Shown piece by piece: positions 25,447 through 40,600 of a stretch of 64,000 bases of DNA. Location: NCBI GenBank assembly GCA_964016885.1, contig OZ024750.1, positions 558,001-622,000 of the forward strand. The letters are read 5' to 3'. The position numbers and the translations under genes were made by a program. Every line of letters begins with the position of its first letter. Within the stretch, counting starts at the first letter, position 1. The DNA comes from Eledone cirrhosa (Eukaryota). The notes under the pieces were generated by a model that saw only the letters and a program-made list of their open reading frames with translations, did not search any database and was not told where the DNA came from.

Positions 25447-28400
25447 TCTAATAGTTTTGTGCTTTGTTTTAAATTTTTATTATTTGAATTATTTTTAGAT
25501 GTTTGAAGGAATTGTTTGCCTTGTGTTTTCTTTGTAGAAATGTGGGGCTATTAAGATTATTAAACAAAACTGAAAATAATTTTGAACATATTTACTTACA
25601 TAAAAATGAATAATTCTTTTTTTCTTGTCTGTATATTATAAATATTTTGATAGTCAAAATGCATTAAATTATTCAGTTTTTCTACTTGATTTCAAATAAA
25701 CGTAGAATGTAATACATTTTAGACTTTCTGTAAAATCTAACATTTATTTTAATTAATTACTTTAAAATATGGAAAGCACAACAAATACGACCCATCCAAC
25801 CCATGCAGGCATGGGAAAATGGACCTATAAAATGATGGTGATGATATGAATGTTAAATTTTATAGGTACAGAATGAACTGGCTCAACACAGATCAAATGT
25901 TAAAGCTTTTAATGTCTCTGTAATTATATTTTAGTACATAGTTTATGGTGCGTGGGTGGAGGGCTCGTTTTAATGTAAAGATCTTTAACATTTTTGAAAA
26001 AAGAAAATCAAGTCACTTGTGTGTGGTATAATAAGCAGGGCCATCTTAAGGTATGGGCCACTGGAGCTCCATGCTAATCTGGGTATGCTGTGTTTGTGTA
26101 TGTAGGGGATCTAATACATTGCTTTGCTTGGGGTTTTATAATGCTATTAAAATCGCCCTCAAATAGATCTAGTTTGCATGAATGAAGAGCCTGGACCAGA
26201 AATTAGAATCGTGTTATCAAGTAGATGTCTTATGATTGAGTGATTGGCAGTGAAACTGCACAACCCACATCACATAATTTAATAGGTAGAAGTTGTGAGA
26301 GCACTCAGCAGGATTTGTGAATATGCATGGTCTAGTGGTTAGGATGCTGGGCTCAGGACCAGACAGAAGGTTACGTCATTAAGTAAGACATTTCATTTCA
26401 CATTGCTCCAGTTAACTCAACTGAAAAATATGTACCAGCAGCTGCAACTAGTTGTTAACTCCTGCAATGGACTGACATATGGTCTAGGATGGTGTAGGGT
26501 GGCTATCATTAAAACATCTGAGATGCAATCTCATAGGAAGCCAGCTCAACCTACATAGATGTGACCTGTAAAAACAACAGGATTTAAAATAAACCTCTCA
26601 CACAGATGCCAATGGCTTGGCTAACCATTTTTGGAGAAGAGACCAGCACTAGCAGATTGCCTGTCTATTGAAACATAGATTGTTGTGCACCAATGGTCTC
26701 TTGACTATGAATTTTGGTTAGATAGATAAAGATAAGATTAAAATGTTGATTTTGCGGTAATTGATGTTAGTAGTTTGCTGCAGTAGGATTAAAACTAAAG
26801 AATACTTGGAATATTGTGTTGGAAGAGAGCTGGCATAAGTTGATTGTTAGAGGAGGTAAACAAAATTTGGTCCAAAAAAAGAAAGAAAAAGCACTTAAGT
26901 ATTTAGTGCCAACACAAAATAAGTATATGTATACACACACTCAAGGAATACTTATGGTTCTTTCCTACCTTGTTGATGGCAGCTAATTATGAAATAATAA
27001 CTGAAGGTTTCATATGATTAAATAGAATTTATTATGATTTCAATTTTACTGCCGATCTTTGAAATATAAAGAATTATGAAAATGTTTTATTTAAAATTAA
27101 TATAAAAACCAAGTTTCGAAACAAAATAATTTATTTTTTACTTTAAGTTACTAATTTTTATATTTCATTTTTTTTCCTCTGAGGTTTTGTATAGTTTTCA
27201 AAAATACTTGTGTTAAATAAGGGTTTCAAATAAGTAAATTTGAATGCAAAAATACCTAATTCTTTAAAGAGAAAGTTATTTGCTGGAAGTAGTTTCTTTT
27301 CTTTTAAAAATTCTTAACCTTTCTATTTTGGCTATAAGATGTTAGTACCTCTCCAACTAAATAGTTTCAGGCCTTATAGGTTTGTTTTTTGTTAAATTAT
27401 ATTTAACCCTTTAGCATTCATATTACTCTATATATGCTATTATATTTTCATGGTAAAGGCTTTATCTCACATAATATCGAATCTATGAGATTTTGAAAGT
27501 ATTTATTTTGAGAACAATACCTTAACATCAGTTTGAGTGGCCAGTTACAGCCAGTTTCAACAGAAAGAGGTAGAGAATTTTGGCCGGTTTCAACATTAAA
27601 GGGTTAACGGCTTGTTTTAAGCATTAATGATAACCTATTATTAACTATTCATTGTGAAAATGTATAAATATTAAACATGTTCTAAAATATATGATATATC
27701 TTAGTGCTTTCACATTCACTCATTATAAACTCTATATATTAGTACTCACACACACAAGGGATATCTGGTCAGTTTTATTCTTACTGTTGTATTTTAATAT
27801 TCTAATATTGTTGTTTTTTAATAAAATGTTGTTTAAGGTAAGTTTTTCAAATGTCTGATTACAAATAGTAATTTTCTTCGGAGTATCAAAAATCAACAAA
27901 ATAGATATTTTTCAGACAATTTAAAGCACTAAATATTCTGGACATTAATTTCTTCAACTCACCCACATTTTTAATGAAAGGAAAATTGCCCAACTTTCAT
28001 TTACTTTTATTTTCATTGTTTTTTTCCTCCTGATAATTTTGTCATTACATTCTTATGACACAATTTTCATTTAAAATAAAACAGAGAGAGCCACAACTAC
28101 TCTCCCTCTCCTTTTCATTTTATCAGTCTTTTCCAAAATAATAGGTTTCCTACTTTCATAGATTGCATTTTCTCCCAATGAATTTGTATTTATATATGTG
28201 TATGTCTGTACAATATATAAATATGTAAGCACATGTATGTGTGTTTGAATGTGTGTACATATGCATGCTTCCAATTCAACTCTTATCAAGTTGCTGTCAT
28301 TATATTTTCAGTTGGTTTGAAAATATTGAATGTCCAAAAAATTTAAATATTTAAAAAAATCCCAATATCCTTCCTTCTTTTGCTCATATCTTAATAATTT

Positions 28401-31400
28401 CATTCTCAGTGACTCAACTGTGGCTATTCCTTAAGTCAACGTTACCAAGCAATGTAACAGAATTTTTGCCCACATTCAGATTGTTTTTTTCAAATTAAAA
28501 AAAAAATGCCTTCATTGTTTCCCTTGTTTCTGGTATGGAATATACTAAAGAAAAGAGAGAGAGAGAGAGACAAGTTAAAACAGCTCTCCTTTTGTTTTCA
28601 ACTCGTGACAGCATTTTTAAAATGCTATATCTCTCTGCTAGAGTTTCTCTGATTTGATAGCACTTCATCTTCAAATAAAAACTCCATCCTCTATTCATTG
28701 TTTTAGTGCAATGTGTTTTAACCTATCCACCATGTTCCCTTTCTATCTTTTTGTCTAATGGCTTATCTATAGCCGCTTTATTCAACCTTTTCTTAAGACG
28801 TTGGCCCCTTGTCATGGTTTCAGCGCTCCTCCAGAGGCAAAGACAGGATCATCCGCCCAAATGACAGGAGAAGGCCACAGGGAAGTACCCCTTCTACTAA
28901 AAAACGGGATCAACTCTACTCTCAAGGTCGTAAAGACCAATCTTCCAATAGAAGACAGCGTGATACTTCAGGTAAAGTAATAACTGGTTTTTCCTGCTGG
29001 CGCCTGCATTGTTGGTCATTTTCCAATGAGCGGTCAGCTACAGATGTCACTAGCATGTTGTCTCCGCTGCTTCTCTACCTCTTTTTCTCCCACCCTATTA
29101 CTATCATTCTCTCTTTCTTTCTCACTCTGTTTTCTTTCTTTCTCTCTCTCTCTGTCTTTCTCTCTTCTGCATATCTCTTTGGCAAGTTTATTTTGGTCAG
29201 TTTACAGAGCATCCCACCCAATTTCCCACATGCTTCAAATGACACTCGAGAAGCAAAGCATTTCAATTTCTATATTTATTTCCTCCATTTTCTTATGACA
29301 ATAGCATTTTATGTCACCCAGGTAATCATTGTTCTTCTATTAATTAGATGGAAGGTGGGACAATTGTTTCTTATTAAAATAATTGAAATATAAGGTCATC
29401 ATAAACTGAAACCTAGTAAGAGATGAACAGTCATGGTGATGGTATATTATACTTCCTCCCGTCTATTAACATCTACCTCCTTACATCTATTTAATTCATT
29501 TAAAGAAAGATTTTTTCATAAAACTCTTCCAATTATTTTTTCACTTTTAATACAATTTTTTTTTTAGACTAAAATCTCTTCACTACAATTTTTTTAATTT
29601 TTTTTACCACCTTTTTTTAATGTTTTGGATTTAATTTTTCACTTTATAGCCAAAATGTTGTCACCTGGGTTTTTTTTTTCTTTTACTAAGATCCATTCTT
29701 TATTAAGGTCTGGTAATACCCAATGACAGACATCAGCACAACTCATTGTCTTTCTTTTTACTTCAGTTTTCTAACTTGGCTTCATGGTAACATCAAGCTT
29801 TCACCATTTTTTTCATTTCTTATATATATAAAAAATATTACAGTAAAAAAAAGTTTCTTTTTTTACCTTTTTCATAGTCTTTTAGTGTCTATTGTAGAAC
29901 ATCTTTGGTAAAGTTATCATTTCTCATTGCTCCTTTGTCCATTTCATGTGGCAACTTCTGATTTCTCATACGTAAATACACATACAAACACACACACATA
30001 CATGCAATCACACACAAGTATTTCTTGTTAAGTTCTAAAATTTCTTTACAGAAAAATATAAATCTCTTGTTAATTTTTATACTTCTTGTGTATAAAGAAG
30101 TATAAACTGTGTTTCCTCCAAGGTTTGTATAGGTCAAAAGGCTTGATATTGCTTTGACAATACAACCATTGACATTTACAGCTAAGAAAAAGATGGACGA
30201 TGACGATGAAGAAGAGGATGAGATGTATGATCCTGCAGAACCAACTGATGATGAGGTATGTTTTCTTCTTTTTCTTCTCTTTAAGTGTGTGTGTGGGGGT
30301 GTTAGTACTTCTACCTTTTCGAATGTTCCTCGATTGGGTGGAGTTGATATCAAAAATATTTCAATAACTCTGATACATGTTTAAGATGGGTTTTCTGTTG
30401 TCTTCTAGATTCATATTACATATGTCAAAAATCAAATCACCTTACTCTGTTGAAAATTTATTTCAACATTAAAATATATTTCATAAAAGTAGGTTGTGTT
30501 TATCATAGTTTTGACATGTTTTTCTGGCTGGATGCTATTCTAACCACCAACCACTTTAGAGGTTATCAAGACTTTAGTGTCTACATTACCAGCTTTTATC
30601 CTTTTACATATTCAGAGTGACTGCTCTACTTGATGGGTTGGCTTTGCTATGGTTTATATAATTCAGGTCTTTCCCATTGAGTTACTGCTCTCCTAGACAA
30701 ATGTGCAAGTATTGAGGTCATTGCAGCTTATGGAACCCACATCTGCCTTAAGATGACTAACACTTGCAAGTATGTGAAAACAGCCATAAAATCAATGGTG
30801 TTCAAGATGATAATATTTGTGGATAATGAAGACATTTTATGGTTTGTCTTTTGTAAATAAACTCCTTTAAAAGTAATAGTTTTAGCTGGTATCACCTGCA
30901 CTTAATTGATTGTTATTTGTAATTAAGATTTGAAATTATTAAAAGATATTTAATTTCATAATATTTAGTAAGGTGTAAAGAAATTTACTACAAGACTTTA
31001 AAGTAATTAAATACTCTAATTATTCTTACACATCGTTTTACGAACAAAATTGAAGCTACTCATGCTAGCATGGAAGATGGATGTTAAACGATGATGATAT
31101 AATACACACATATAGATGTATAACATGTGGGAAATTAGTCAAATAATGATTTAGGCACAATGCCAACAATTTTGGGGGAAGAGAAAAGTCAATGAAATTG
31201 ACCCTAGTGCATTACTAGTACTTTATTTTATCAACCTTGTAAGGAGGAAAGGCAAAGCTACCCATGGCAGGATTTGAACTTATAACGAAGCATATTGTCC
31301 AACACTCGATGTTGGCATACTAATTACAAAAATATACATTATATGTATTTATGTATACATGCACATACACACACATACACACAAAGACGCACACACATGT

Positions 31401-34400
31401 TTTCTGTGTGTGTGTGTGTGATAGAGAGATGGGTAACACTGTTGCCAGAGAACAGTTGTGGCATCAATGAAAACTTTTAGAACCAATTAGTAGTTACATC
31501 ATCAGCATTTCAATGACAGATGGACAGATGTGATTCTTGTTATATTATAAGATTTTACTTTGAGCATATATAACTATATATGGTATGGAGGCACATGGCT
31601 TAGTGGTTAGAGCATTGGCCTTGCAATCGAAAGGTTGTGAGTTCAATTCTCAGACCGGGTGATGTGTTGTTTCCTTGAGCAAGACACTTTATTTCACATT
31701 GCTCCAGTTTACTCAGCTGTAGAAATGAGATGATAGGGACTGGGGTCCCTATCATTCCACTGCAAAGTGGTCGTGGAGGTGCCACGGCAAAAAAGCACCC
31801 TGCACTCACTGTAAATGAGGTTGGTGTTAGGAAGGGCATCCAGCTGTAGAAATCAAGCCAGAATCAGTTCCCGTCCCACCCTTGCAAGCAGGGAAAAGTG
31901 GACGTAAAATGAGATGATGATGATGATATATAAATCATCATCAACATTTAACATCCATTTTTCCATGCTAGCATTGGTTAGATGTTTTGTGAGATAAGTA
32001 AAATCAGATGACTATGTCTTGCTCATACAGAACCGTTTCTGGCTTGGTTTCTATGGCTGGCTGCTCTTCCTAACAACAACCACATTTTCAACATCGACTG
32101 TGTATATATATATTATATATATTTCCATGGTTAGGTAATATTTGGTCATTGGCATTTAAATGTCGATAAAGATGGTGTTCAGTAGTTGTATAATGTTACT
32201 GACCCTTAACTTTAGGAACTGCTTCTGGAAGCAACATGTACTGGTATCAACTTTTCAAACAGTGAACTGTAGCATGAAATATTACCATCATTATTAATAG
32301 TTTTTAAGTCCAATTTTCCACGCTAGCATGGGTTGAATAGAATGTTTTGAAACAATGTTTTACAGCCAGATGCCCTTCCCAGTGCCAGCCTTTTTGGTCA
32401 CCTTCTACAAAACGCAGGAATAAGGTGTACCTATTTTATAAACTGCGATACACATGGCAATATGCATATAAAATTATACTTTAATCCTTTTGATACCAAT
32501 CTGGCTAAAACAAGGTTTGGTTCTACGAAATAAAACCACACATTTTAAACGGTTCCTATTTAAATGTCTTCCAATATATTTATATTAAAAAAATATGTTA
32601 AGTTACTATCTTAGTAATGAAAAAATTAATAATTTTAGTAAATCCTTAAAATATTTTTCATTAATTAAATACACTGGGATAATTGCTGGCCTTGTGCCAA
32701 AAGAAGAAACAATTAATTAGTTGAAACAGAGTGTTTTATAAGAAATATAGTCACCAAATTGTTAAAGTTTTAGCTATGAAGATAAATCATTAAGGAAAAA
32801 TTCCTCATTGTCTTTCAGTAAGAAGGTAGTAAATTGGGGAAGCCATTAGGATGTAAAATAGAATACTTTGCAGTATTTATTTCAGTTCTCTAAAATTACA
32901 TTGAGGTCTACTTTACTTTTCATTCTTTTGAGGTCAAATAAAAAAAAAAATTATTAGTTCATTACTGGGGTCAGTTCTTTCGCTATGTCTCTTTCTCACT
33001 TCCTATTGCTTTCTAGACCTGGAGAGGGGATCACTTCTAGGTTATACACAAGACATATTATATCTCTTCCTCCTTGTTTTTAGTAAGAGGAAGTGACACA
33101 GCCTTTAGTGGAATTAATGCATTTGATATTCAGTAGGTTAGTGCCATTTGGAAAACATGGGTGGGGCAGGCAATTTGGGGTGTTGTAATTCTGAGGGAAG
33201 GAACATATCTAGTGTTTAGTGGGAGTGGTGAGACAAGTGAAGGAGAGATGGATGTTTAATCTTAAGTGGAAGCCATTGTAATTACAGTAGACAAGAAATA
33301 TAGCATGTCTTTGGAATAGTAGTGTCATTATCATCTCTATTTAACATGTTTGCATGTGTTAAACAGGCTGTCACAACTAGACTTGTCTGGTGACAATATC
33401 TTGCTCATACATTCCATTCTAATATGGTTTCTATGGCCAAATGCCCTTCCTAATGTCAACTACTTCACTGTGTTTTATTATGGCACTACCCATAATAAAT
33501 GAATATTTAAACTCTACTACAGCATTGAGCACTCTTTTCTCTCATCTGTCAACTACATTATGTGTGTGTGTGTGTGTGTGTGCAAAAGGCAAACATAAAT
33601 AACAAAGCAAACGACACTGTACAATGAAGAAATATATTATTAGTTTTATACTTGATATAGTAGGAAAAGAGTCTTAACGTTTCGGATGCTAGTCCTTCAT
33701 CAGAAATTAGAATAAAAAGATGGAGGAGACGGGCAGGACAGAAATGGAAAAAAAAATTTTAGAGATAGAAAAATATTTTATATTCAATACACTATATTCT
33801 GATATTTTAACAAAAAAGTATGATTAAAAAAATCTAATCTTCAGATTTTAAATTATTTCTTCAGTGTTCCATTAATTTAGCTATGGACTATTCTTGTTTT
33901 AACAGATACAATCTACCGAACACAGTAATGGTGGTTTAACAGTAACTGTTGATGGCAGTAAACGTTCGGTTACTGAGGAAACTGCTAAGGTAAATACATC
34001 TTAACATTTCATATGGTGGTTTCAATTTGGTAATATTTAACCTTTATTTTTATTAACTATTTGATATTTTCCTTGTTGTTTTGTATAAGTTCTCGCAGTT
34101 GGTATCAGTTTTATGTTTAGAATTTAGACTAAAGAACATGTTTATATTCAACATTGTAGAAATCTTCTATTACACTTTTAGTATCAACTTGTACAGAAGT
34201 TATTTGTATTTAGTTTATAGAAATGTGATCCTCTCTTGAGTTAGGTATAGTGTCATTTGTTTCTATTTTAAAAAGCTTTTGTGAAATTCTACAGTTACAG
34301 TGAATCTCTTATTCTTTAGACATATTTAAAAGAAATCTTTCCTTTTTAGTTTAGAAATGTTTGATCTTTAATAGTGTGAAATTTTATTTTTTTGTTTTGT

Positions 34401-37400
34401 TTTTCAAAAAGCTTTGTATAGTATTTAAAAACAAATCTTTTGACAGTTGGATACTGATTTCTTAATTCTCAAGTAATTCCTGATACCTGCTAAATACTTC
34501 TAGAAAGGGGTCTTGCTCAAGAGTTTACTGTATCAGCTTACCCTATTTTACTAATTCTATTTACTTTTATTTTTGTTTTGTCATTGTAGACAACTACTAG
34601 CATCCTAGAATTCTAGATTGTAAACAGTTTGTTGTTCATGGTAATATAGCTGTATAGAGCCTCCTATGAGTTTACTGCTTTTCCTTGTTTTAAAAACTGA
34701 TGTTTGGTATATTTTAAAACCCAGTTCATCTTACTGGATGTTGCTACAGTTCTATATTATTAATATTTGCCCTACTAGTAGTTTTGAAGGAAAGTAGAAC
34801 AAATTTGTATTCTTTTATTGGTTGTTGTCATTGGGCTGTGGCCATACTGGGGCATTGTCTTCAACAGTTATCTCCAGCAGATGATTGCTATTTTGTCGAC
34901 CTCAGAAGGATGGAAGACAAAGTTAATTAAATGGGATTTGTACCTGGAACAAGGTATTTTGTCGAATGCTCTGTCAATTCTGCCACTTACCACCTGTGTT
35001 TATATTGATTAAATATAACACTTTAAATAGTTTGAACAGCAATCTGATAGAAATAAAGCCACAATTTATTTATTGTAAACAAAACAGTTTATTTCTGTTA
35101 GCAAATCAAAATATTTTATGAGGACTCTAAAATGAAATAATACACCTACTCTTCCTGGTCTAGTGTATAGTTTATCTAACATATTAACAAATTTCTTTGA
35201 TACCGTACTTCAATTTTCTTGCTCAAAGTTTCCATCTCCCACTCCTGAATATGTCTACTTCCCCTACCACTCTCTATATTTCTCTATCAACTTTTTGATT
35301 ATATTTGTACTTTCTTTGGTACGCATTTCACTGTCCTCAGTGACTTCAATATTCACAACTCTACTTGGCTCTCATATTTATTCCATACTGATGCTGGCAG
35401 TGTAGAAACCGAAATCTTTGCAAACTCCAGCTCTATAAATCAATTTGTTTTGCCCCCTACACACATCCATAACCAACACAAGCATGCTAAATATTTTCCA
35501 TCTCTTTCTCATCTCCAAAAACTAGCCTCTACCAAACCATCAACATCTCTGATTCTATTGCTTCATCTGACTACTACATTGTCACTACCCATCACACATC
35601 ATATACTATGACCGTTCCTCCTTCTCAACATTAACCCATCAAAAGCTAAGTGGGCAATTAAAGCCATCTTTTCAGTTGTATCTCTTCACGTTGCAAACAC
35701 AGCTACATTGCTGCACTTCAGATAATAACATGGTTTACAATCCATTCCTACTACATTGCTGACTTAAATATAGGATCAAGCTCCAGCAAAACCCACTTGA
35801 GGCATGACGGATGCTTCTATGCATTGCACAGCTTACAAACTCTCTTGTCCGAGTCTGATCTTTTTGATCTCGTGTTCCTACATGTGGGACTAGTGTTCCT
35901 ACACATAGATATCCTAAGTTACATTCACAAAAAACATTCCACCTGACATGTTATGAAGTCAGTTATGCTCCAACCTCCACAGATGTGGTGTCTCCTCTCT
36001 GACATTCCAACAGTTACTGTACTGACCTCTGCTCCTTGGGGCCAGCTGGTCTTGTGCCACTTCTCTTATCACACCTTATCTTTGCTTTTCCCTAGAATGT
36101 CAGTCCTCTGGAAATCTCTTCCTGTCCATATTTTTTTCCAGCAGCTGGCAACTTGCAGCTATTCAAAAGGAACATTAACTGCATTAGTTTCAGGAGGTTT
36201 ACAAAAGTAGAGAGTCACTTTCACTAAACCAATACTAAATACTCAAGTGACTATAAAATCAACAGAATAAGCAGAAGTAAAACTTATTTTATTTAATTAA
36301 TTCTTGTTTATGGGAATGTAAATATAGCCTTTCATTCTGTGTACATATTTGTTGACTGACATTGCATCTGCTTAAAATAGCACAATTCCTTGGACGGCAT
36401 GTTTGAAGTCGTCTTCTCCACTTTTATAACTTGTTAGCTATGTGGTTACTTCCCTTTATTCTGGTACAAACGGGAAAATAGAGGGTTTTTGTCCAACATT
36501 TGTTTTGCATTACTATTGAAAGTAATTCTTTATTGAGCCCTGATATAGATAAAGGCTGTTGCTAAGCATATTTGTTACAATTGAAGGATTAAAAGAAGAT
36601 TAAAATCTCTTTTCTGAGCTTGCTTTAATTAACTATAGTATTTTAAAGGCAGATAAATATGAAGTAGTGCTTAATATTAAAAAATGTGAAGTCAAATTCT
36701 TTAATGTTCTCATTATCTCTGAGATGCTCTAGTCAGAATTATCCCAAGTTTCCTTTATTCCTTAAACCTCTACTGTTTATCACTTTGATTGCCCCACAAT
36801 GTTCATGGTATTTCATGTGAGTGTGTGTGTGTATATAGGTATATTCTCTATGTATATTGAGAAGTGACCTCACTTAAAATAGGTGATTTCTTATGAATGA
36901 AACAGTTCTAGTCTGGTAGAACTCATTTATATAATAATAATATGTACACACACATACACACGCACGCACGCACGCACACACACACACACACACACACAAG
37001 AGAGAGTTGTTTGTATAAGTTTCATATAACAATAGGTCTATACAATATTATGAAAATAGAAATATTATATATTTAGGTAGTGTGTTGTCGAAAAACACAT
37101 TGTGGCAAAGATTACACAATGTTGCTTATCTATTTTAATCTTGACAACTGTATTGTTTAATTCAACGTGGCTAAAACTTGTTAAATTTTCTTCCAAGATT
37201 CTGAGGAGGAAAAGTGGAAAAGTTATAGTTGTGTTGCTCATATAAACAGGTCCTCATTAGTTTTATAAAATTAGAATTTAATCTAATTGTTGTCATAATA
37301 AAGCCAACAGTTTAGTGAATATGATTTTTTTTATTGTAAAAGTTAATATATTTGGAAAAAAAATTTTTGCAGCTATGGTTTTGGGTTTTTTTAACAAATT

Positions 37401-37615
37401 TCACTAATTTTAATTATTATATTAAAATATATTGCACATTTTTCACTTTAGCATTTAACATTTATTCTTCATTATATATATAGATATTTGCTTTTTCTAG
37501 GATATTTTAATAACTTCTCAGTTCAATCTCTACTTTGTATGTTAAAGCTTTTCTGATCTTTTTTCTCGAGTTTTGCTTTTAAAGAATTATTCTCTTCAAT
37601 CCTTTTTTATATTTA

Positions 37616-37646
<31 letters not shown>

Positions 37647-40600
37647 CGTGTGTGAGCATATATATGTTTGTACCTTAAATCTAAAACAAAACTATTTACT
37701 TTTACAAAATTTTATTCTATAATACATACTTTTATATAAGACCTATCTTATTTCTCATTCACACATATCTACAAATATAGATAAATATCAAGTACACACA
37801 CACACATATATATTATAGAATGTCCGTTTACCATTAAAAAAATTGCTTCTTCGCTATGTATAATCCTTGATCTCCTTTACAACTTGTATTGTTAAAATAT
37901 ATGAGTAACAATGTTCTGGAAATATACAAATATCTTTTATAATATTAGTTGAAAATTGTTATTTCACAGTTTGAACCCAGGAGGAGCAATTTATTTTAGT
38001 TTTTATAGTACATAGTAATTGACACAAGTTTAACAATCTAGACATTAAGTTTGTCCCTGTTGGGAGCAGAAACAAGACCAGAGAATCTAATGAAACAAAA
38101 TGTTCTTTAGATCAGTGCTACTCAAAGTGATGGTTCGCAGACCGGTGCCGGTACGCAAGCTATCAGCTACCGGTACGCGGCCAGTGTCCAGGCCATGCTA
38201 AAGAATCATTTGAGGAATTTTTGTTATTACTTTTTTATGTTTTGATATTGTATTATTTGTTTACAAAATAAATAGAAGATAAAAGAAATTGTCAACTATT
38301 ATTATATTCATTATATATATCGTTTCCGGTATAAATTAATATTACTACGAAATATTAGCGGTACGTGGCACATTGAAAAAAAGAAATGCTGGTCCGCCAC
38401 ATCAGATAGTTTGAGAAGCACTGCTTTAGATTATATATCAGTCTTTCAACTTTTGTAAGACTGTTTTTGCAAACCTTTTAACAATATTAATCGAAGCTGT
38501 AAACTTGATAAGTACTTTCTTTACTCTCTATACCACAAGTTGTAGTATGTGGCCATATATTTTTACATGTCGCATTTTAACTTCTGATGCATTGCTGAAC
38601 TTCAATATCTGATTATGAATTAGATATCAGATACTTATTTTACAAAATCTGTAACATATGGCCAAGCTCTGTCTTATTTCTATACTTATGTAAAACTGTT
38701 GTTTAATATCATTTTTAAATGAGTATATGCCATTGATTTAACTATTTCTGAATCTTGGAACATTTTCAGAGTTTTGTGCTATGAAGTCTTTCAAAACTTT
38801 ATAAAATAACAGAGCTGTTTTTTCCCAATTCACAACTGACCATTTGACTTGATGGATATTGATTATATATCAATCTCTTAATCAGTAAACATCAATTTTC
38901 ATTATCCTTATCTAAGAAATTTATTAACTACAGCTGTTGGAATTCTTAGAAAACAATAACTATTCATCAAATAGATGCTCTTCTATATCAAATATTTAAG
39001 CAATGTCAAATGAAGTTTCTGCTGTAGAATCAGAAATAGGATTTTCTCTAATGAAAAGTCAGTGTTCAACCAAATAGTTACCTCATTTAGACAAAATTAA
39101 AAAATCTAAATAAATTAATTCACTAATTTATGTCCTGATTAAGTACAATTACAGTTGACCCTTTGAGAACGAATATAATTTTTTCCAGAACCTCATTTAT
39201 TACTACATCAATTGAAATGTACATTTAGAGACAATGAGTTCCAAAGCCCCAATTAATGCCTAAAATATGGACTCAAAGAATCCCTTTAAAAATTAATATA
39301 ACGATAATAAATTAAAAAAACCCACCAAAATAATATGAATAGATAATCAGAAAGAAAACAAATTGTTTTCAATTTATTATCTTTTGCATGAGCAAGCCCA
39401 AGCAAATTTTCATGCCTCTTATCTTATCTTATTTTACGTCCGCTTTTCCCTGCTTTCAAGGGTGGGACGGGAACTGATTCTGGCTTGATTTCTACAGCTG
39501 GATGCCCTTCCTAACACCAACCTCATTTACAGTGTGTGCTGGGTGCTTTTTTGCTGTGGCACCTCCACGACCACTTTGCAGTGGAATGATAGGGACCCCA
39601 GTCTCTATCATCTCATTTCTACAGCTGAGTAAACTGGAGCAATGTGAAATAAAGTGTCTTGCTCAAGGAAACAACACATCATCCGGTCTGAAAATTGAAC
39701 TCACAACCTTTCGATTGCAAGGCCAATGCTCTAACCACTAAGCCATGTGCCCCTAGTTTTGTATATAAATCATTTGATAACATGATTTCATTTGTTAGCT
39801 AATTAATGGAAAAAGGCAATCCTTACAACGATAGTACAACTTTTGTTACCAAACTGTCCACTGTAATTACTGTGAGATTGTGTTGGTTCAGAAATAGGTT
39901 TGGTTGCTCGATGTTTATGTATTTATATGCTCCTCCCGTGTTATCTCTGAAAAATACTTGTTTGGCTATTATAACTTGCTACGTACAGTCTCATTGGCTG
40001 TAAGATATATAGGATAGGGGTAGAAGGTACCTCATATAGTAAAACCTTTCTCTTTACACATCAATTGTTTACATACTTTTATTTTCCAGGACTCTGGTAG
40101 TGATGGTGAGAAAGCTGATAGTTCTGACAAAAAGTCTCAGTATTTCTGTCATGCCTGCATTGTGGAATGTTATAACAACAAGGTAGCTAATACTATTCAT
40201 TACTACCATTGGTTAGGAACAATGAAAAACACTTTCTCAATCCATTTTACAACTGGCTATATTTTCACAGCTCACTCTACATAGTTCATTGAAATTTATT
40301 TCAAATTAAGTCAAATACTACCTCTATCTTTCAAAGTTTGTCTCTACATACATTACGCTTAGGTGTTCATAATTGTAAATATCGTCCTTGTATTTTGAAT
40401 TTACTCCTTATTCTTTTAGGTTTGGCTATGTTCCATTTTGTTGTTATTTAGTCCTAAGTCAACCCTGACCAAGCAGACCTGATTAAAGGCATTCCAGTCA
40501 TGACCATCCTGTTGTTTTTTTTTCTATGTGGGGTACTTTGGATCACATTTTCCACAGTCATTTTTAAAAATGAAAGGGAGTGATTTGAGGGAGATTTGAC

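Noticed and set aside
28972-29393. 194-aa ORF read as a membrane protein
   Set aside because: Only 28824-28971 is exon; the hydrophobic tail comes from a T/C-rich intron read in frame.
31587-31660. tRNA gene
   Set aside because: A/B boxes are present, but there is no full cloverleaf and it continues into a SINE body.
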